A stretch of DNA of 64,000 bases from the NCBI GenBank assembly GCA_025362585.1, contig JANYFR010000045.1:2110-66109 (forward strand). Direction: 5' to 3'. How positions within the stretch are numbered: the stretch's first letter is position 1; every line of letters begins with the position of its first letter. Shown here in pieces: positions 29,464 to 41,001 of the stretch. The position numbers and the translations under genes are program-made. Source of the stretch: Acidimicrobiales bacterium. Its GTDB lineage: Bacteria > Actinomycetota > Acidimicrobiia > Acidimicrobiales > RAAP-2. Below the pieces are notes generated by a model. It ran no database searches. It saw only the letters and a list, made by a program, of their open reading frames with translations, and was not told where the DNA came from.

Positions 29464-30555
29464 ATGGGGAGCATTCGTCGCCTCGCAATGACGCTGGGTG
29501 CCGCATCGCTCGTACTAGGGACGCTGACGGTCAGCGTTGCTGGAACAGTTGCGACAGCCGCACCAAAATTCAAGGCCTGCGTCGTCACCGACATCGGTGG
29601 CATCAACGACAAGTCGTTCAACGCTTCGGCCTACCAGGGATTGAAGGACGCTGCCAAGATCAACAAGAACGTGCAGATCTCGTACCTGTCGTCGACCTCA
29701 GAGGCCGACTACGCACCCAACATCAATAGCTTCATCAACAAGGGTTGCGGGATCATCATCACGGTCGGATTCCTCATGGACGGCGCGACCGCGAAGGCGG
29801 CCAACGCCCACCCCAATCAGAAGTTCGCCATCGTTGACGACGTGCCCACGGTGAAGAAGAACACCCACGTCCTCGCCCTGACCTACGCGACTAACCAGGA
29901 CGGTTTTCTGGGCGGTTACCTCGCCGCCGCCAGCACGAAGACGGGCACCGTCGCCACCTACGGCGGCATGAACTTCCCGACGGTCGCGATCTACATGGAC
30001 GGCTTCGTAGCGGGCGTTCGCTACTACGACAAGACCATGGGCGCTGCCGTGAAGGCACTGGGCTGGACCCCGAAGCCGGGCAACCGGGCCAAGGGTAACT
30101 TCGCCGGTTCGGGCACCTTCGTCGGGAATTTCACTGACCAGACTGCCGGTAAGACCATCACGGCCGGTGACTTTGCGGCCGGTGCCGACATCGTCTTCCC
30201 CGTGGCCGGCTCAGTGGGCCTCGGCTCAGTGGCGGCCGCGAAGGCTGCCGGTCCGGGACACTCGATCATGTGGGTCGACTCCGACGGCTGCGTGTCGGAC
30301 GCTCCCGACTGCACCTATTTCATTGGCAGTGTCACCAAGGGTGTCGAGTCATCGACCAAGAACGCCGTACTGACCGCTGCGGCGGGCACCTTCAAGGCCG
30401 GCGCGTACCTCGGCACATTGAAGAACGGTGGCGCGGCGCTGATCATTGACGCGAAGACGGTCCCCGCTTCGCTCCGGGCCAAGATCAAGAGCATCACCGC
30501 GGGCATCGTGACGGGCAAGATTTCGCTCGACCCGAACTCGTACCCCGCTCGGTAG
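29464..30555 (+). CDS. BMP family (nucleoside) ABC substrate-binding protein
   Basis: GGINDKSFNASAYQG and GADIVFPVAG motifs; signal peptide. Confidence 0.92.
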   Translation: MGSIRRLAMTLGAASLVLGTLTVSVAGTVATAAPKFKACVVTDIGGINDKSFNASAYQGLKDAAKINKNVQISYLSSTSEADYAPNINSFINKGCGIIITVGFLMDGATAKAANAHPNQKFAIVDDVPTVKKNTHVLALTYATNQDGFLGGYLAAASTKTGTVATYGGMNFPTVAIYMDGFVAGVRYYDKTMGAAVKALGWTPKPGNRAKGNFAGSGTFVGNFTDQTAGKTITAGDFAAGADIVFPVAGSVGLGSVAAAKAAGPGHSIMWVDSDGCVSDAPDCTYFIGSVTKGVESSTKNAVLTAAAGTFKAGAYLGTLKNGGAALIIDAKTVPASLRAKIKSITAGIVTGKISLDPNSYPAR

Positions 30556-30582
30556 TCCCTTCGCGTCGCGAGACGCACTTCA

Positions 30583-30627
30583 TCAGAACGAAGACCCGAG
30601 TCACTCCGACTCGGGTCTTCGTTCTGA
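30583..30627 (+). terminator. 20-bp perfect stem-loop between the SBP and ATPase genes (attenuator or mRNA stabiliser)
   Basis: TCAGAACGAAGACCCGAGTC-actcc-GACTCGGGTCTTCGTTCTGA; no U-tract. Confidence 0.7.
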
Positions 30628-30642
30628 GTACGATGAACTCTG

Positions 30643-32157
30643 ATGCGTCTAGAGCTCCGAGGGGTGACGAAGAGGTTTGACTCATTGGTCGCCAACGACG
30701 GCATCGACCTCGTCGTGGAACCGGGACAGATCCACTGTCTGCTGGGTGAGAACGGGGCCGGCAAGTCGACCCTGATGAACGTCATCTTCGGTCTCCTCCG
30801 GCCCGACGAAGGCGAGATGTTGATTGACGGCGAACCCGTGTGGTTCACCAACTCCGGCGAGGCGGTGCGACGGGGCATCGGTATGGTGCACCAACACTTC
30901 ATGCTCGTGCCGGTCTTCTCGGTCGCGGAGAACGTGGTGCTCGGCTTTGAGCCGACGAAGTCCTTCGACCGTCTCGACTACGCCAAGGCTCGCGACGACA
31001 TTCGTCGGGTCTCCAAGGAGTTTGGACTCGAGGTCGACCCCGACGCCATCATCGAGGAGTTGCCCGTTGGACTCCAACAGCGCGTCGAGATCCTGAAGGC
31101 CCTCGACCACGACGCCCAGCTCCTGATCCTGGACGAACCGACCGCGGTGCTGACGCCCCAGGAGATCGACGCACTGATGACCATCATGCGCTCGCTCGCC
31201 GACTCGGGGAAATCAATCCTCTTCATCACCCACAAGCTGAAAGAGGTGAAAGAGGCGGCCGACGTCATCACCGTCATCCGCCAGGGTCGGGTCGTTGGCA
31301 CGGCGCAGCCCACCGACTCCGAGGGGACGCTCGCCTCGTTGATGGTGGGACGCGAGGTCATCTTGACCGTCGAAAAGGAGGTGCGCAGCCCCGGCGACGA
31401 CGTGCTCGAGATCCGCGACCTCGTCGTACGTGACGACCGAGGGCTCCCGGCGGTCAACGGGGTCTCACTCGATGTGCGCGCCGGAGAGATCATGGCGCTC
31501 GCGGGCGTTCAGGGCAATGGTCAGACCGAACTCGTCGAAGCGCTCGCGGGAATGCGCTTCGTCGAGTCCGGAACCATCACCCTCCGGGGTCGCGACATCA
31601 CCAACAAGACGCCGCGCGAGATCCTCGACCACGGTCTCGGTCACGTCCCCGAGGACCGCCATCGCAACGGACTGGTGCTGTCGATGTCGGTGGCGGACAA
31701 CCTGGTACTGAACACGCCGCGACGCGCGCCGTTCGCACGGCATGGTTCGCGCAACCTCAACGCGGTGCGCGACAACGCGACGCAGGTGGTCCGGGACTTC
31801 GACATTCGCGCCACTTCGATCTTCGAGCCGGTGAGTTCGCTGTCGGGAGGTAACCAACAGAAGGTGATCGTGGCCCGCGAACTCTCGCGGCCCCTTACCT
31901 TCTTTGTGGCCTCCCAGCCCACCCGCGGACTCGACGTTGGCTCCATTGAGTACGTCCACCGACAGATCGTGCGCCAACGCGACGAGGGCAATGGCGTCCT
32001 GATCGTCTCGTCCGAACTCGACGAGGTGCTTTCGCTGGGTGACCGCATCGCGGTCATGCACCAGGGCAAGATCACTGGCGTTGTCGAACCCACGACCTCA
32101 CGCGAGACCATCGGCCTGCTGATGGCCGGAGTGAGTGAAGAGCCAGCTCGTGCCTGA
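30643..32157 (+). CDS. Nucleoside/sugar (CUT2) ABC ATP-binding protein
   Basis: GENGAGKST, HQHFMLV, LDEPTAVL, LSGGNQQK and QPTRGLDVG motifs. Confidence 0.92.
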   Translation: MRLELRGVTKRFDSLVANDGIDLVVEPGQIHCLLGENGAGKSTLMNVIFGLLRPDEGEMLIDGEPVWFTNSGEAVRRGIGMVHQHFMLVPVFSVAENVVLGFEPTKSFDRLDYAKARDDIRRVSKEFGLEVDPDAIIEELPVGLQQRVEILKALDHDAQLLILDEPTAVLTPQEIDALMTIMRSLADSGKSILFITHKLKEVKEAADVITVIRQGRVVGTAQPTDSEGTLASLMVGREVILTVEKEVRSPGDDVLEIRDLVVRDDRGLPAVNGVSLDVRAGEIMALAGVQGNGQTELVEALAGMRFVESGTITLRGRDITNKTPREILDHGLGHVPEDRHRNGLVLSMSVADNLVLNTPRRAPFARHGSRNLNAVRDNATQVVRDFDIRATSIFEPVSSLSGGNQQKVIVARELSRPLTFFVASQPTRGLDVGSIEYVHRQIVRQRDEGNGVLIVSSELDEVLSLGDRIAVMHQGKITGVVEPTTSRETIGLLMAGVSEEPARA

Positions 32158-33406
32158 AGACCCCCGCGCGTCTCTCCTGTCGCGCTGGACTCGACGCACG
32201 TCGCAGAGTCCGTTACTCGTCACGGCACTGGCGCTGATCCTCGGTCTCGCGGTCGGTGCCCTCGTCATCATCGTCACGACCCCGGCGGTGCTCGACGCGT
32301 GGCGCGGCAGTTTTCACAGCTGGGGGGCGCCGGGCCACGCGATCAAGGTCACCCTCGACAACGTGGGCGCCGGTTACCGCTCGATGTTCACCGGCTCCGT
32401 GGTCGATCCACCCCAGTTCTGGCACTCGCTCACCACCGGACGCAACTGGTCGCTCTCGCTCACTCCCCTCTCCGAAACCCTCACCTACGCGACGCCCCTG
32501 GTCATTGCCAGCATCGGCGTCGGCATCGCGTTCCAGACGGGGATATTTAACATCGGCGCGAACGGCCAGGCCGTGGCCGGAGGCATCGCGGGGGCCACGG
32601 TCGCCTCCATGATCCACCTCCCGACGTTTCTGCATTTGCCACTCACGCTGCTCGCCGGCGTCGTCGGGGGCATGGCCGCCGGACTCGTGCCGGGACTGTT
32701 AAAGGCGTACACCGGTGCCCACGAGGTCATCGTGACAATCATGTTCAACTACGTCATTTACGCCTTCTTGATCTACACGCTCCTCTCCACACCGCTCCAA
32801 CTCCCGGGTCAGCAGAACGACATTTCACGGACATTTGACGCGACGGCGCAACTCTCGCCATTCTTCGGCGGCTCCTCGGGGCTTCGGGTCAACTGGGGCC
32901 TCTTCGTCGCGATCGCCGTGGTGGTGTTCGCTTGGTGGTTCCTCGACCGGTCTTCGCTCGGCTTCGACTTCCGAGTGACCGGCGCCAACCCCAACGCCGC
33001 GCGCGCCTCGGGCATCAACGCCAGGGTCGTCGTCGTCCTCGTCTTTCTCGTCTCGGGCGGTCTCGCGGGACTCGCGGGGATCGTCCAGGCCTCGGGCACC
33101 ACCCACCTCATCACCGGCGGATTCCTCATCGGTAACGCCGGCATTGGCTTCACCGCGATCACCGTGGCACTGCTCGGGCGCAATCGCCCGATGGGCATCG
33201 TGTGGGGGTCGCTGCTCTTCGCCGCCCTTGGTGTCGGGGGACGGGCCATGCAGTCCGCGACCGGTATCCCGCTCGACCTCGCGACGGTGATCCAGTCAGT
33301 GATCGTCCTCTTCGTGGCGACGCCCGTGCTCATCAAGGAGATTTTTCGACTGCGCGGCGCCCACACCTCGGCCCTGCAGTTGGCCACCAAGGGATGGGGA
33401 TCGTGA
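32135..33406 (+). CDS. Nucleoside ABC permease 1
   Basis: GIFNIGANGQ, GAHEVIVTIM and GFTAITVALLGR motifs. Confidence 0.9.
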   Translation: MKSQLVPEDPRASLLSRWTRRTSQSPLLVTALALILGLAVGALVIIVTTPAVLDAWRGSFHSWGAPGHAIKVTLDNVGAGYRSMFTGSVVDPPQFWHSLTTGRNWSLSLTPLSETLTYATPLVIASIGVGIAFQTGIFNIGANGQAVAGGIAGATVASMIHLPTFLHLPLTLLAGVVGGMAAGLVPGLLKAYTGAHEVIVTIMFNYVIYAFLIYTLLSTPLQLPGQQNDISRTFDATAQLSPFFGGSSGLRVNWGLFVAIAVVVFAWWFLDRSSLGFDFRVTGANPNAARASGINARVVVVLVFLVSGGLAGLAGIVQASGTTHLITGGFLIGNAGIGFTAITVALLGRNRPMGIVWGSLLFAALGVGGRAMQSATGIPLDLATVIQSVIVLFVATPVLIKEIFRLRGAHTSALQLATKGWGS

Positions 33407-34704
33407 CGATCGCCGCCGCGCGGACCCCGGGCCCCCCGACTGTTCGACAGCACTTCGGGCGAACTCGGGTGATGGGTCTGTCGATTGGGGTCATCGGACT
33501 CTTCATCGGCGTCGTCTTTGGCCTCGGATCGAGGGCGGGCTCGCACACCTCGGTCACGTGGTCCCCGGTCAACCTAAGTTCTGCGGTGCCGTGGCACCTT
33601 GGGACCCTGACGGTGCCGACGCGACTCTCCTGTCTCATCCTCGGACTCATCCTCGTCGCTCTGGGTGCCGAGGTCGTCGTGCGCCGTCCCGAGCGCGGCG
33701 TCATGGCGCGATTCGGCGTCGCGGGCATCTTCTTCCTCTTCACGCTCATCTTGTGGACCGGACGAACCCTCGGACCATCCCAGGTCAGTTCGATCAACTT
33801 CACGGCGATACTCATCGGCAGTTCGGGTGTCGCCATGGTGCTCGTTTACGGCTCGCTGTCGGGGGTCATGTGTGAACGTGCGGGAGTGGTGAACATTGCG
33901 ATCGAGGGCCAGTACATTGGGGGGGCCCTGGTGGGCACGGTGCTGGCGTCCACGACCCACAGCTTCATCATCGCGGCCATTGGCGGTGCGGCCATTGGCG
34001 CCGGACTGGGCTGGATTCTCGCCTTCCTCGCGCTTCGCTACATGTCCGATCAGATCATTGTTGGCGTGGTGATCGTCACGATGATGGCCGGACTCTCGTC
34101 CTATCTCAACCTACAGGTCCTGAGCCCCTACCCCCAGTACAACCTCGGGAACCTGGCGCCGCCCCTGGCAATCCCCCTGCTTTCCAAGATCCCGATCCTC
34201 GGTCCGGTCTTCTTCAACCAGTCCGGATTCTTCTACGCCATGATGCTGCTCGTCGCCCTCGTCAGCTTCGGTCTCTTCAAGACCCGCTGGGGCCTGCGGG
34301 TCCGCGCGGTGGGGGAACATCCCAAGGCCGCGGCGTCGGTCGGTATCAACGTGGTTCGCGTGCGCTACATCAACGTGGTGCTCGGCGGCGCCATCGCCGG
34401 TGTCGGGGGCGTCGCCTTCATGGCCGTGCAGGGCCAATTCCAGCCCGGCTACACCTCGGGACTGGGCTATATCGCCCTCGCCGGAATGATCTTCGGTCGC
34501 TGGCGCCCGTCGGGTGCGGTCGTGGCGTCGGTGCTGTTTGGCATCTCGGTCTACCTCGCCGAGAACCTCCAGACCTACCAGATCCCGGTGCCGACCGAGA
34601 TCCTCCAGATGTTCCCGTTCCTCATCACCATCGCCGTTGTCTCGGGGCTCATCGGGCGCGTGCGCCCCCCGGCCGCGGACGGCCTGCCGTACCAGCGCGA
34701 CTAG
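33403..34704 (+). CDS. Nucleoside ABC permease 2
   Basis: CERAGVVNIAIEG, RVRAVGEHP and YIALAGMIFGRW motifs; GTGA overlap with the previous stop. Confidence 0.9.
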   Translation: MTIAAARTPGPPTVRQHFGRTRVMGLSIGVIGLFIGVVFGLGSRAGSHTSVTWSPVNLSSAVPWHLGTLTVPTRLSCLILGLILVALGAEVVVRRPERGVMARFGVAGIFFLFTLILWTGRTLGPSQVSSINFTAILIGSSGVAMVLVYGSLSGVMCERAGVVNIAIEGQYIGGALVGTVLASTTHSFIIAAIGGAAIGAGLGWILAFLALRYMSDQIIVGVVIVTMMAGLSSYLNLQVLSPYPQYNLGNLAPPLAIPLLSKIPILGPVFFNQSGFFYAMMLLVALVSFGLFKTRWGLRVRAVGEHPKAAASVGINVVRVRYINVVLGGAIAGVGGVAFMAVQGQFQPGYTSGLGYIALAGMIFGRWRPSGAVVASVLFGISVYLAENLQTYQIPVPTEILQMFPFLITIAVVSGLIGRVRPPAADGLPYQRD

Positions 34705-35595
34705 TCATCCGCGCGCACCGAGTCCGGCGACGACCCGGGCGCTGGCCGCCATGGCCTGCTCGAGGGCGGCCCCGAGGGACTCGCCATCCATCCGAGACCC
34801 GAGAAACGCGCCCGTCGCGGCATCACCCGCCCCGGTCGTGTCGACCACGTCGGCCGTTTGGGTCGTCACTTCGACCCGGGCTGCGCCACTGGACGCGAGG
34901 GCCCCCGCCGCCCCTCGAGTGATCACGACATCGTCAAACATGTTCGACAACGCCTCGAGGGCTTCGTGCACCTCGGTGACGCTGGCGAGGACCAACGCCT
35001 CCTCCTCGTTGGCGAAGAGCATCGACGCGGCGCTGGCGGCCGCGAGGAAGGCCGTGGCCCCGACCTTCTCGAGCGGGTCGACGGAGCAGGCGTCCACCGA
35101 GGTCGAGTGACCGGTGTCGCGAGCAGTGCGCAACGCCACGGCGCCGGCCTCCCTCGTCGCGCCATCGAGCAGCGTGTAACCCGAGACGTGCAGGTGGTCG
35201 AACGGAGCGGCCAGTTGGGCGAGCACGAAGGCGGACGACAACTGGCGATTCATACCGCGATCGGTGAGCATGGCGCGTTGGCCGTCGGCGCTCACCAGGG
35301 CAACCACGACGCCAGTGGGCCCGTCGACTATCTCGAGCATCGCCGACACGCCGGCGTCGGCCAGTGCGTCCGCGAAGATCTGGCGCGCCGGGTCGTCACC
35401 GCACGCGCCGACGAAGACGACCTGGTGACCGCCGTTCGCGAGCTCCACCGCGAGATTGGCGGCCGAGCCGCCGCGGCTCACGCGCACGGCGGCCGGCGTG
35501 TCGCTCGTCGGCGCCACCGGCGCCGACGGTTTCACTACGACGTCGAGCATCACGTCACCCACAACAATCACCCGACGGGGCGCCGCGGTGCTCAC
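34705..35595 (-). CDS. psuK: PfkB-family kinase, probable pseudouridine kinase
   Basis: GGSAANLA and DTTGAGD motifs; translationally coupled to psuG. Confidence 0.7.
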   Translation of the reverse strand: MSTAAPRRVIVVGDVMLDVVVKPSAPVAPTSDTPAAVRVSRGGSAANLAVELANGGHQVVFVGACGDDPARQIFADALADAGVSAMLEIVDGPTGVVVALVSADGQRAMLTDRGMNRQLSSAFVLAQLAAPFDHLHVSGYTLLDGATREAGAVALRTARDTGHSTSVDACSVDPLEKVGATAFLAAASAASMLFANEEEALVLASVTEVHEALEALSNMFDDVVITRGAAGALASSGAARVEVTTQTADVVDTTGAGDAATGAFLGSRMDGESLGAALEQAMAASARVVAGLGARG

Positions 35596-36509
35596 GAAAA
35601 CGACTGCGCAATCCGTCCGGCCAGTGCGGCATTCGCCACCACCAGGTCGCGATTCACCTGGACGCTGCGCCCTTCGGTAAATCGGGCGAACTCGGCCAAC
35701 AGGACGGGCGTCACGTCCTTACCCGTAACGCCGAGCAACCGGGCCTTCTCGAGCGCGCTCGTTAGTGCCGCGTCGTGCACGTCGGTGGAGAGCTCGCGTT
35801 CGACGTCAATCGGATTGGCGACCAGGAGGCCGGTGGGCGAGAACTCTCGGTGCGTCTCGAAGGCCCGGGCCGCCTCGCGCTCGTCCCCGACCGACCATTC
35901 GAGCGAATAACCACTGTCGCTCCGGTAGAAGCCGGGAAATCGATCCGTCCGGTAGCCAACGACGGGCACCCCGAGACTGTCGAGGCGCTCCAACGTCGCC
36001 GCGATGTCGAGGATCGACTTCACGCCGGACGCCACCACGAGCACCGGGTAGCGCGAGAGGGCCGTCAGGTCCGCCGACTCGTCGTAGCTCTCGTGGGCGT
36101 CGCGATGAACCCCGCCGAGGCCACCAGTCGCCATGACGGCGATCCCGGCGCGGTGCGCGACGGCGATCGTCCCGGCAACGGTCGTCGCACCATGGCCGCC
36201 GCGTGCGATGGCCACGCCCACGTCACGCGCCGACAGCTTCGCGGCGTGGCGATCTGGCGACGCCAGCTCGGCCAGTTCGTCGAGGGAGAGACCGACGACG
36301 GCGCGGCCGTTCAGTACGCCAATGGTGGCGGGTACCGCACCGCTGTCGCGTACCGCCGCTTCGCAGTCGCGAGCGACGTCGATGTTGACCGGCTGGGGCA
36401 GTCCGTGAACGACGATCGTCGTCTCGAGTGCGACAATCCCGCGGCCATCGGCAAGCGCCGCGGCGACTTCGTCACTGACGACGAACGGGCCGTTCGAGGA
36501 GTAGATCAC
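35592..36509 (-). CDS. psuG: Pseudouridine-5'-phosphate glycosidase
   Basis: VALETTIVVHGLP, GATTVAGT, ATGGLGGVHR, DESADL and SGVKSILD motifs. Confidence 0.93.
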   Translation of the reverse strand: MIYSSNGPFVVSDEVAAALADGRGIVALETTIVVHGLPQPVNIDVARDCEAAVRDSGAVPATIGVLNGRAVVGLSLDELAELASPDRHAAKLSARDVGVAIARGGHGATTVAGTIAVAHRAGIAVMATGGLGGVHRDAHESYDESADLTALSRYPVLVVASGVKSILDIAATLERLDSLGVPVVGYRTDRFPGFYRSDSGYSLEWSVGDEREAARAFETHREFSPTGLLVANPIDVERELSTDVHDAALTSALEKARLLGVTGKDVTPVLLAEFARFTEGRSVQVNRDLVVANAALAGRIAQSFS

Positions 36510-36519
36510 GCAAAGCGAA

Positions 36520-36947
36520 GTGTACTGTTTGGAGGTGAAGGAACTCGCTGGTGTCGCGTGGGATGCGTTGCGCGAGCGCGCCCGTCACGCCTCCACTCAG
36601 TCGTACGCGCCGTACTCGCACGTCACCGTCGGGGCGTGCGCCGTCACCTCCGACGGTCGCCTGGTCGAGGGCTCGAACGTCGAGAACGCCAGTTACGGTC
36701 TGACCCTCTGCGCGGAGTGTTCGCTCGTGAGCGACCTCGCCCGGCAAGGCGGCGGACGGCTCGTCGCCGTCTCCATCGTCGCCGGAGACGGTCAACCGAT
36801 CGTCCCGTGCGGTCGTTGTCGCCAGCTGCTCTTCGAACACGGAGGTAACGAGCTCCTCGTCGACGGCGGCGTCGGCGCACCACCGGTGACGCTCGAGTCC
36901 TTGCTGCCCCAGGCGTTCGGACCCGAGGACCTCAAAGTTCGCCAATC

Positions 36948-36951
<4 letters not shown>
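36520..36951 (+). CDS. cdd: Cytidine deaminase (homotetrameric type); start uncertain
   Basis: YAPYS, GSNVENASYGLTLCAE and PCGRCRQ motifs. Confidence 0.93.
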
Positions 36952-38228
<1,277 letters not shown>

Positions 38229-38257
38229 CGCACCAGGCTGTTGACTAGCCTTGACCC

Positions 38258-39346
38258 ATGACGACACCCCTCACACGCGACTTGATCGAGCGTGCCCCAA
38301 AGGTGCTGTTGCACGACCACCTGGACGGAGGCCTGCGTCCCTCGACGGTGCTCGAACTCGCTCGCGAGGTCCGCTACCGCGGCCTCCCGACCGCGGACCC
38401 CGACGAACTGGGCCGATGGTTCGTGACCGACTCGTCCGGCAGTGACCTGGTGCGCTACCTCGAGGGCTTCGCGCACACGATTGCCGTCATGCAGACGAGG
38501 GACCAGATCGAGCGCGTTGCCTCCGAGTGCGCTCTCGACCTCGCGCGTGACGGCGTTGTCTACGCGGAGGTCCGTTTCGCCCCCGAACTACACCTTCACG
38601 GGGGCCTGACGCTGCACGAGGTCGTGCGAGCCGTGCTTGACGGCTTCGCGAACGGCGTGGCCGAGGCCCGGCGCGAGGGCCGCACGATCATCGTGCGCGC
38701 GATCCTGTCGGCGATGCGCCAGGCCGATCGTAGTGAGACGATCGCGGAGTTGGCCATCGAGTTTCGCGACGACGGGGTGTGCGGCTTCGACATCGCTGGG
38801 CCCGAGGACGGCTTCCCGCCCACGCAGCACCTGCGTGCTTTTCACCTCGTCCAGCGCGAAGACTTTCACATGACGGTGCACGCGGGCGAGGCGTTCGGAT
38901 TGCCGTCGATCTGGGAGGCGGTGCAGTTCTGCAACGCCGAGCGCCTCGGCCACGGCGTGCGCATCGTGGACGACATCACCTCCGTCGACGGGCGCTACGA
39001 GCTCGGGCGACTCGCGAACTTCATCCGCGACCGGCGCATCCCGCTCGAGGTCTGTCCGACCTCCAACGTGCATACCGGCGCCGCCCCCTCAATTGGTCAG
39101 CACCCCATCGAACTGCTGCGCACGCTGCGCTTTCGCGTCACGCTCAATACGGACAATCGCCTGATGAGCGGCATCACTTTGAGTAGTGAGTTCGAGACGT
39201 GCGCGACGGCCTTCGGTTGGTCCCTCGAGGACATGGAGTGGCTCACGCTGAACGCCGCCAAGAGCTCGTTCTTCTCCTTCGACACCCGACTCGCGATGAT
39301 CAATACCGTCATCAAGCCCGGGTACGCCGCGTTACGCGCGGCCTAG
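38258..39346 (+). CDS. add: Adenosine deaminase
   Basis: HDHLDG, HAGE, RLGHG and NTDN motifs. Confidence 0.93.
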   Translation: MTTPLTRDLIERAPKVLLHDHLDGGLRPSTVLELAREVRYRGLPTADPDELGRWFVTDSSGSDLVRYLEGFAHTIAVMQTRDQIERVASECALDLARDGVVYAEVRFAPELHLHGGLTLHEVVRAVLDGFANGVAEARREGRTIIVRAILSAMRQADRSETIAELAIEFRDDGVCGFDIAGPEDGFPPTQHLRAFHLVQREDFHMTVHAGEAFGLPSIWEAVQFCNAERLGHGVRIVDDITSVDGRYELGRLANFIRDRRIPLEVCPTSNVHTGAAPSIGQHPIELLRTLRFRVTLNTDNRLMSGITLSSEFETCATAFGWSLEDMEWLTLNAAKSSFFSFDTRLAMINTVIKPGYAALRAA

Positions 39347-41001
39347 AAGCGCAGCCGTCCTTCGAGGTCGACCCGAATGGCCTCGACGACCTTCGCCGCC
39401 GCGTCGCGCTGGTGCGCGAGAGAGGTCGCGTTCGAGGGACGTGACGTGACTTCAATGTAGGCCTTCAACTTCGCTTCGGTGCCCGAAGGTCGAACGACGA
39501 CGCGACCGGTCGCTCCGAGCACCAGCAGCAAACCGTCGGTCGGTGCGAGTCCCGCGTAACCCTGCGCGAGATCGACGACTTCGCTCACCGCGACGCCACC
39601 AATCGTCGAAGGGGGACTCGTTCGAAGTGTGCCGAGTGACGCGGCGATCGCCGTGGCGCCCTCGGGACCGCTCGCGCGCAGGGACAGTTGGGCGACGCTG
39701 TGCACCCCGAAGCGCGACTCGATCTCGTCGAGCCGGTCGAGGAGGCTCTGGCCGCGCGCGGCCAACTCGTGCGCGAGTCGTGCGAGGCAGAGCGCCGCCG
39801 AGAGACCGTCCTTGTCCGCGACGCAGGGATCGACCGCGAAGCCGAGCGCCTCCTCGTAGCCAAAGCGCAGGACCCCGCCAACGGCCGCGCGCGCGATCCA
39901 CTTGAAACCGGTGAGCGTCTGGGCGAATCGTACGTGGGCCTGCCCCGCCATGGCGGCGAGCAGCGTCGATGAGACGATCGTGGTCGCCACGACGTCGCGG
40001 GGGTCGTTCATCTCCTCGAGCAACGTCGAGGCGAGCAGCCATCCAATCTCGTCGCCGCGCAGGAGCTGCCAACCGGCCGCGCCGCGCACTGCGGCGCCGA
40101 GGCGGTCGGCGTCGGGATCGTTCGCGATGACGAGGTCGGCCGCGACATCGTCGGCGCAGGCCATGGCGAGGTTGAGGGCACCCGGCTCCTCGGGGTTGGG
40201 AAACGGCAGCGTCGGGAAGTTCGCGTCGGGCAGGAACTGGGAGGCCACCGGCGTCACCAAAGCAAAGCCGGCACGCGCGAAGAGGTCCATCATGAAGGTC
40301 CCGCCCACGCCGTGCAGCGGCGTGTAGGCGATGCGCAAGCTCGACGGGTCCCCGACGCCGAAGCGCTCAACGAAGTGGGCGCGGTAGGACGAGAGGACGT
40401 CGCTCGCCACCACGTGGTGCAACTCGCTCGCGCGACTCGCCAACGTCGCGACCCCGGCGGCCAACGCGCGCCGCTCGACGAGCTCGTCGTTCGGGGGAAC
40501 GATCTGGGCCCCGTCGTCCGAGTAGAGCTTGTAGCCGTTGTCCTGGGGAGGATTGTGGCTCGCCGTAATCATGATGCCCGCTGCCGCGCCGAGCACCTTG
40601 ACGCAGTAGGGCACGAGGGGGGTCGGCAGCGGTTCGGGCAGTTCGAAGACGACGACGCCCGCGCCGAGCAGCACCGCGACCGCCTCGTCATTGAAGGCCT
40701 CGGAGCCGCGACGCGCGTCACGTCCAACGACGACGCCGCGACTCGGGTCGGCGCCGATCTCGTGGAGCCAGGCGACGACGCCCTGGGTCGCTCGACGCAC
40801 GGTGAGACGATTCATCCCCGCGGGCCCCGCCATCACCGGACCGCGCAGACCGGCCGTGCCGAAGGTCAGTGGATTGGTAAATCTCCGTTCAAGTTCCGCG
40901 TCGTCGCCGTCGTCGAGCAGTGTCTGGAGCGTCGCGCGGTCGTCGTCGTCGGGGTCCTCCGCAATCCAGACCCGCACTCGCTCGTGCAGGGAACGGCTCA
41001 C
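39343..41001 (-). CDS. Alpha-D-phosphohexomutase superfamily mutase, probable phosphopentomutase from context
   Basis: FGTAGLRG, TASHNP (phospho-Ser), DPDADR and RPSGTEAKLKAY motifs; GTG 41001 overlaps the punA stop. Confidence 0.88.
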   Translation of the reverse strand: MSRSLHERVRVWIAEDPDDDDRATLQTLLDDGDDAELERRFTNPLTFGTAGLRGPVMAGPAGMNRLTVRRATQGVVAWLHEIGADPSRGVVVGRDARRGSEAFNDEAVAVLLGAGVVVFELPEPLPTPLVPYCVKVLGAAAGIMITASHNPPQDNGYKLYSDDGAQIVPPNDELVERRALAAGVATLASRASELHHVVASDVLSSYRAHFVERFGVGDPSSLRIAYTPLHGVGGTFMMDLFARAGFALVTPVASQFLPDANFPTLPFPNPEEPGALNLAMACADDVAADLVIANDPDADRLGAAVRGAAGWQLLRGDEIGWLLASTLLEEMNDPRDVVATTIVSSTLLAAMAGQAHVRFAQTLTGFKWIARAAVGGVLRFGYEEALGFAVDPCVADKDGLSAALCLARLAHELAARGQSLLDRLDEIESRFGVHSVAQLSLRASGPEGATAIAASLGTLRTSPPSTIGGVAVSEVVDLAQGYAGLAPTDGLLLVLGATGRVVVRPSGTEAKLKAYIEVTSRPSNATSLAHQRDAAAKVVEAIRVDLEGRLRF

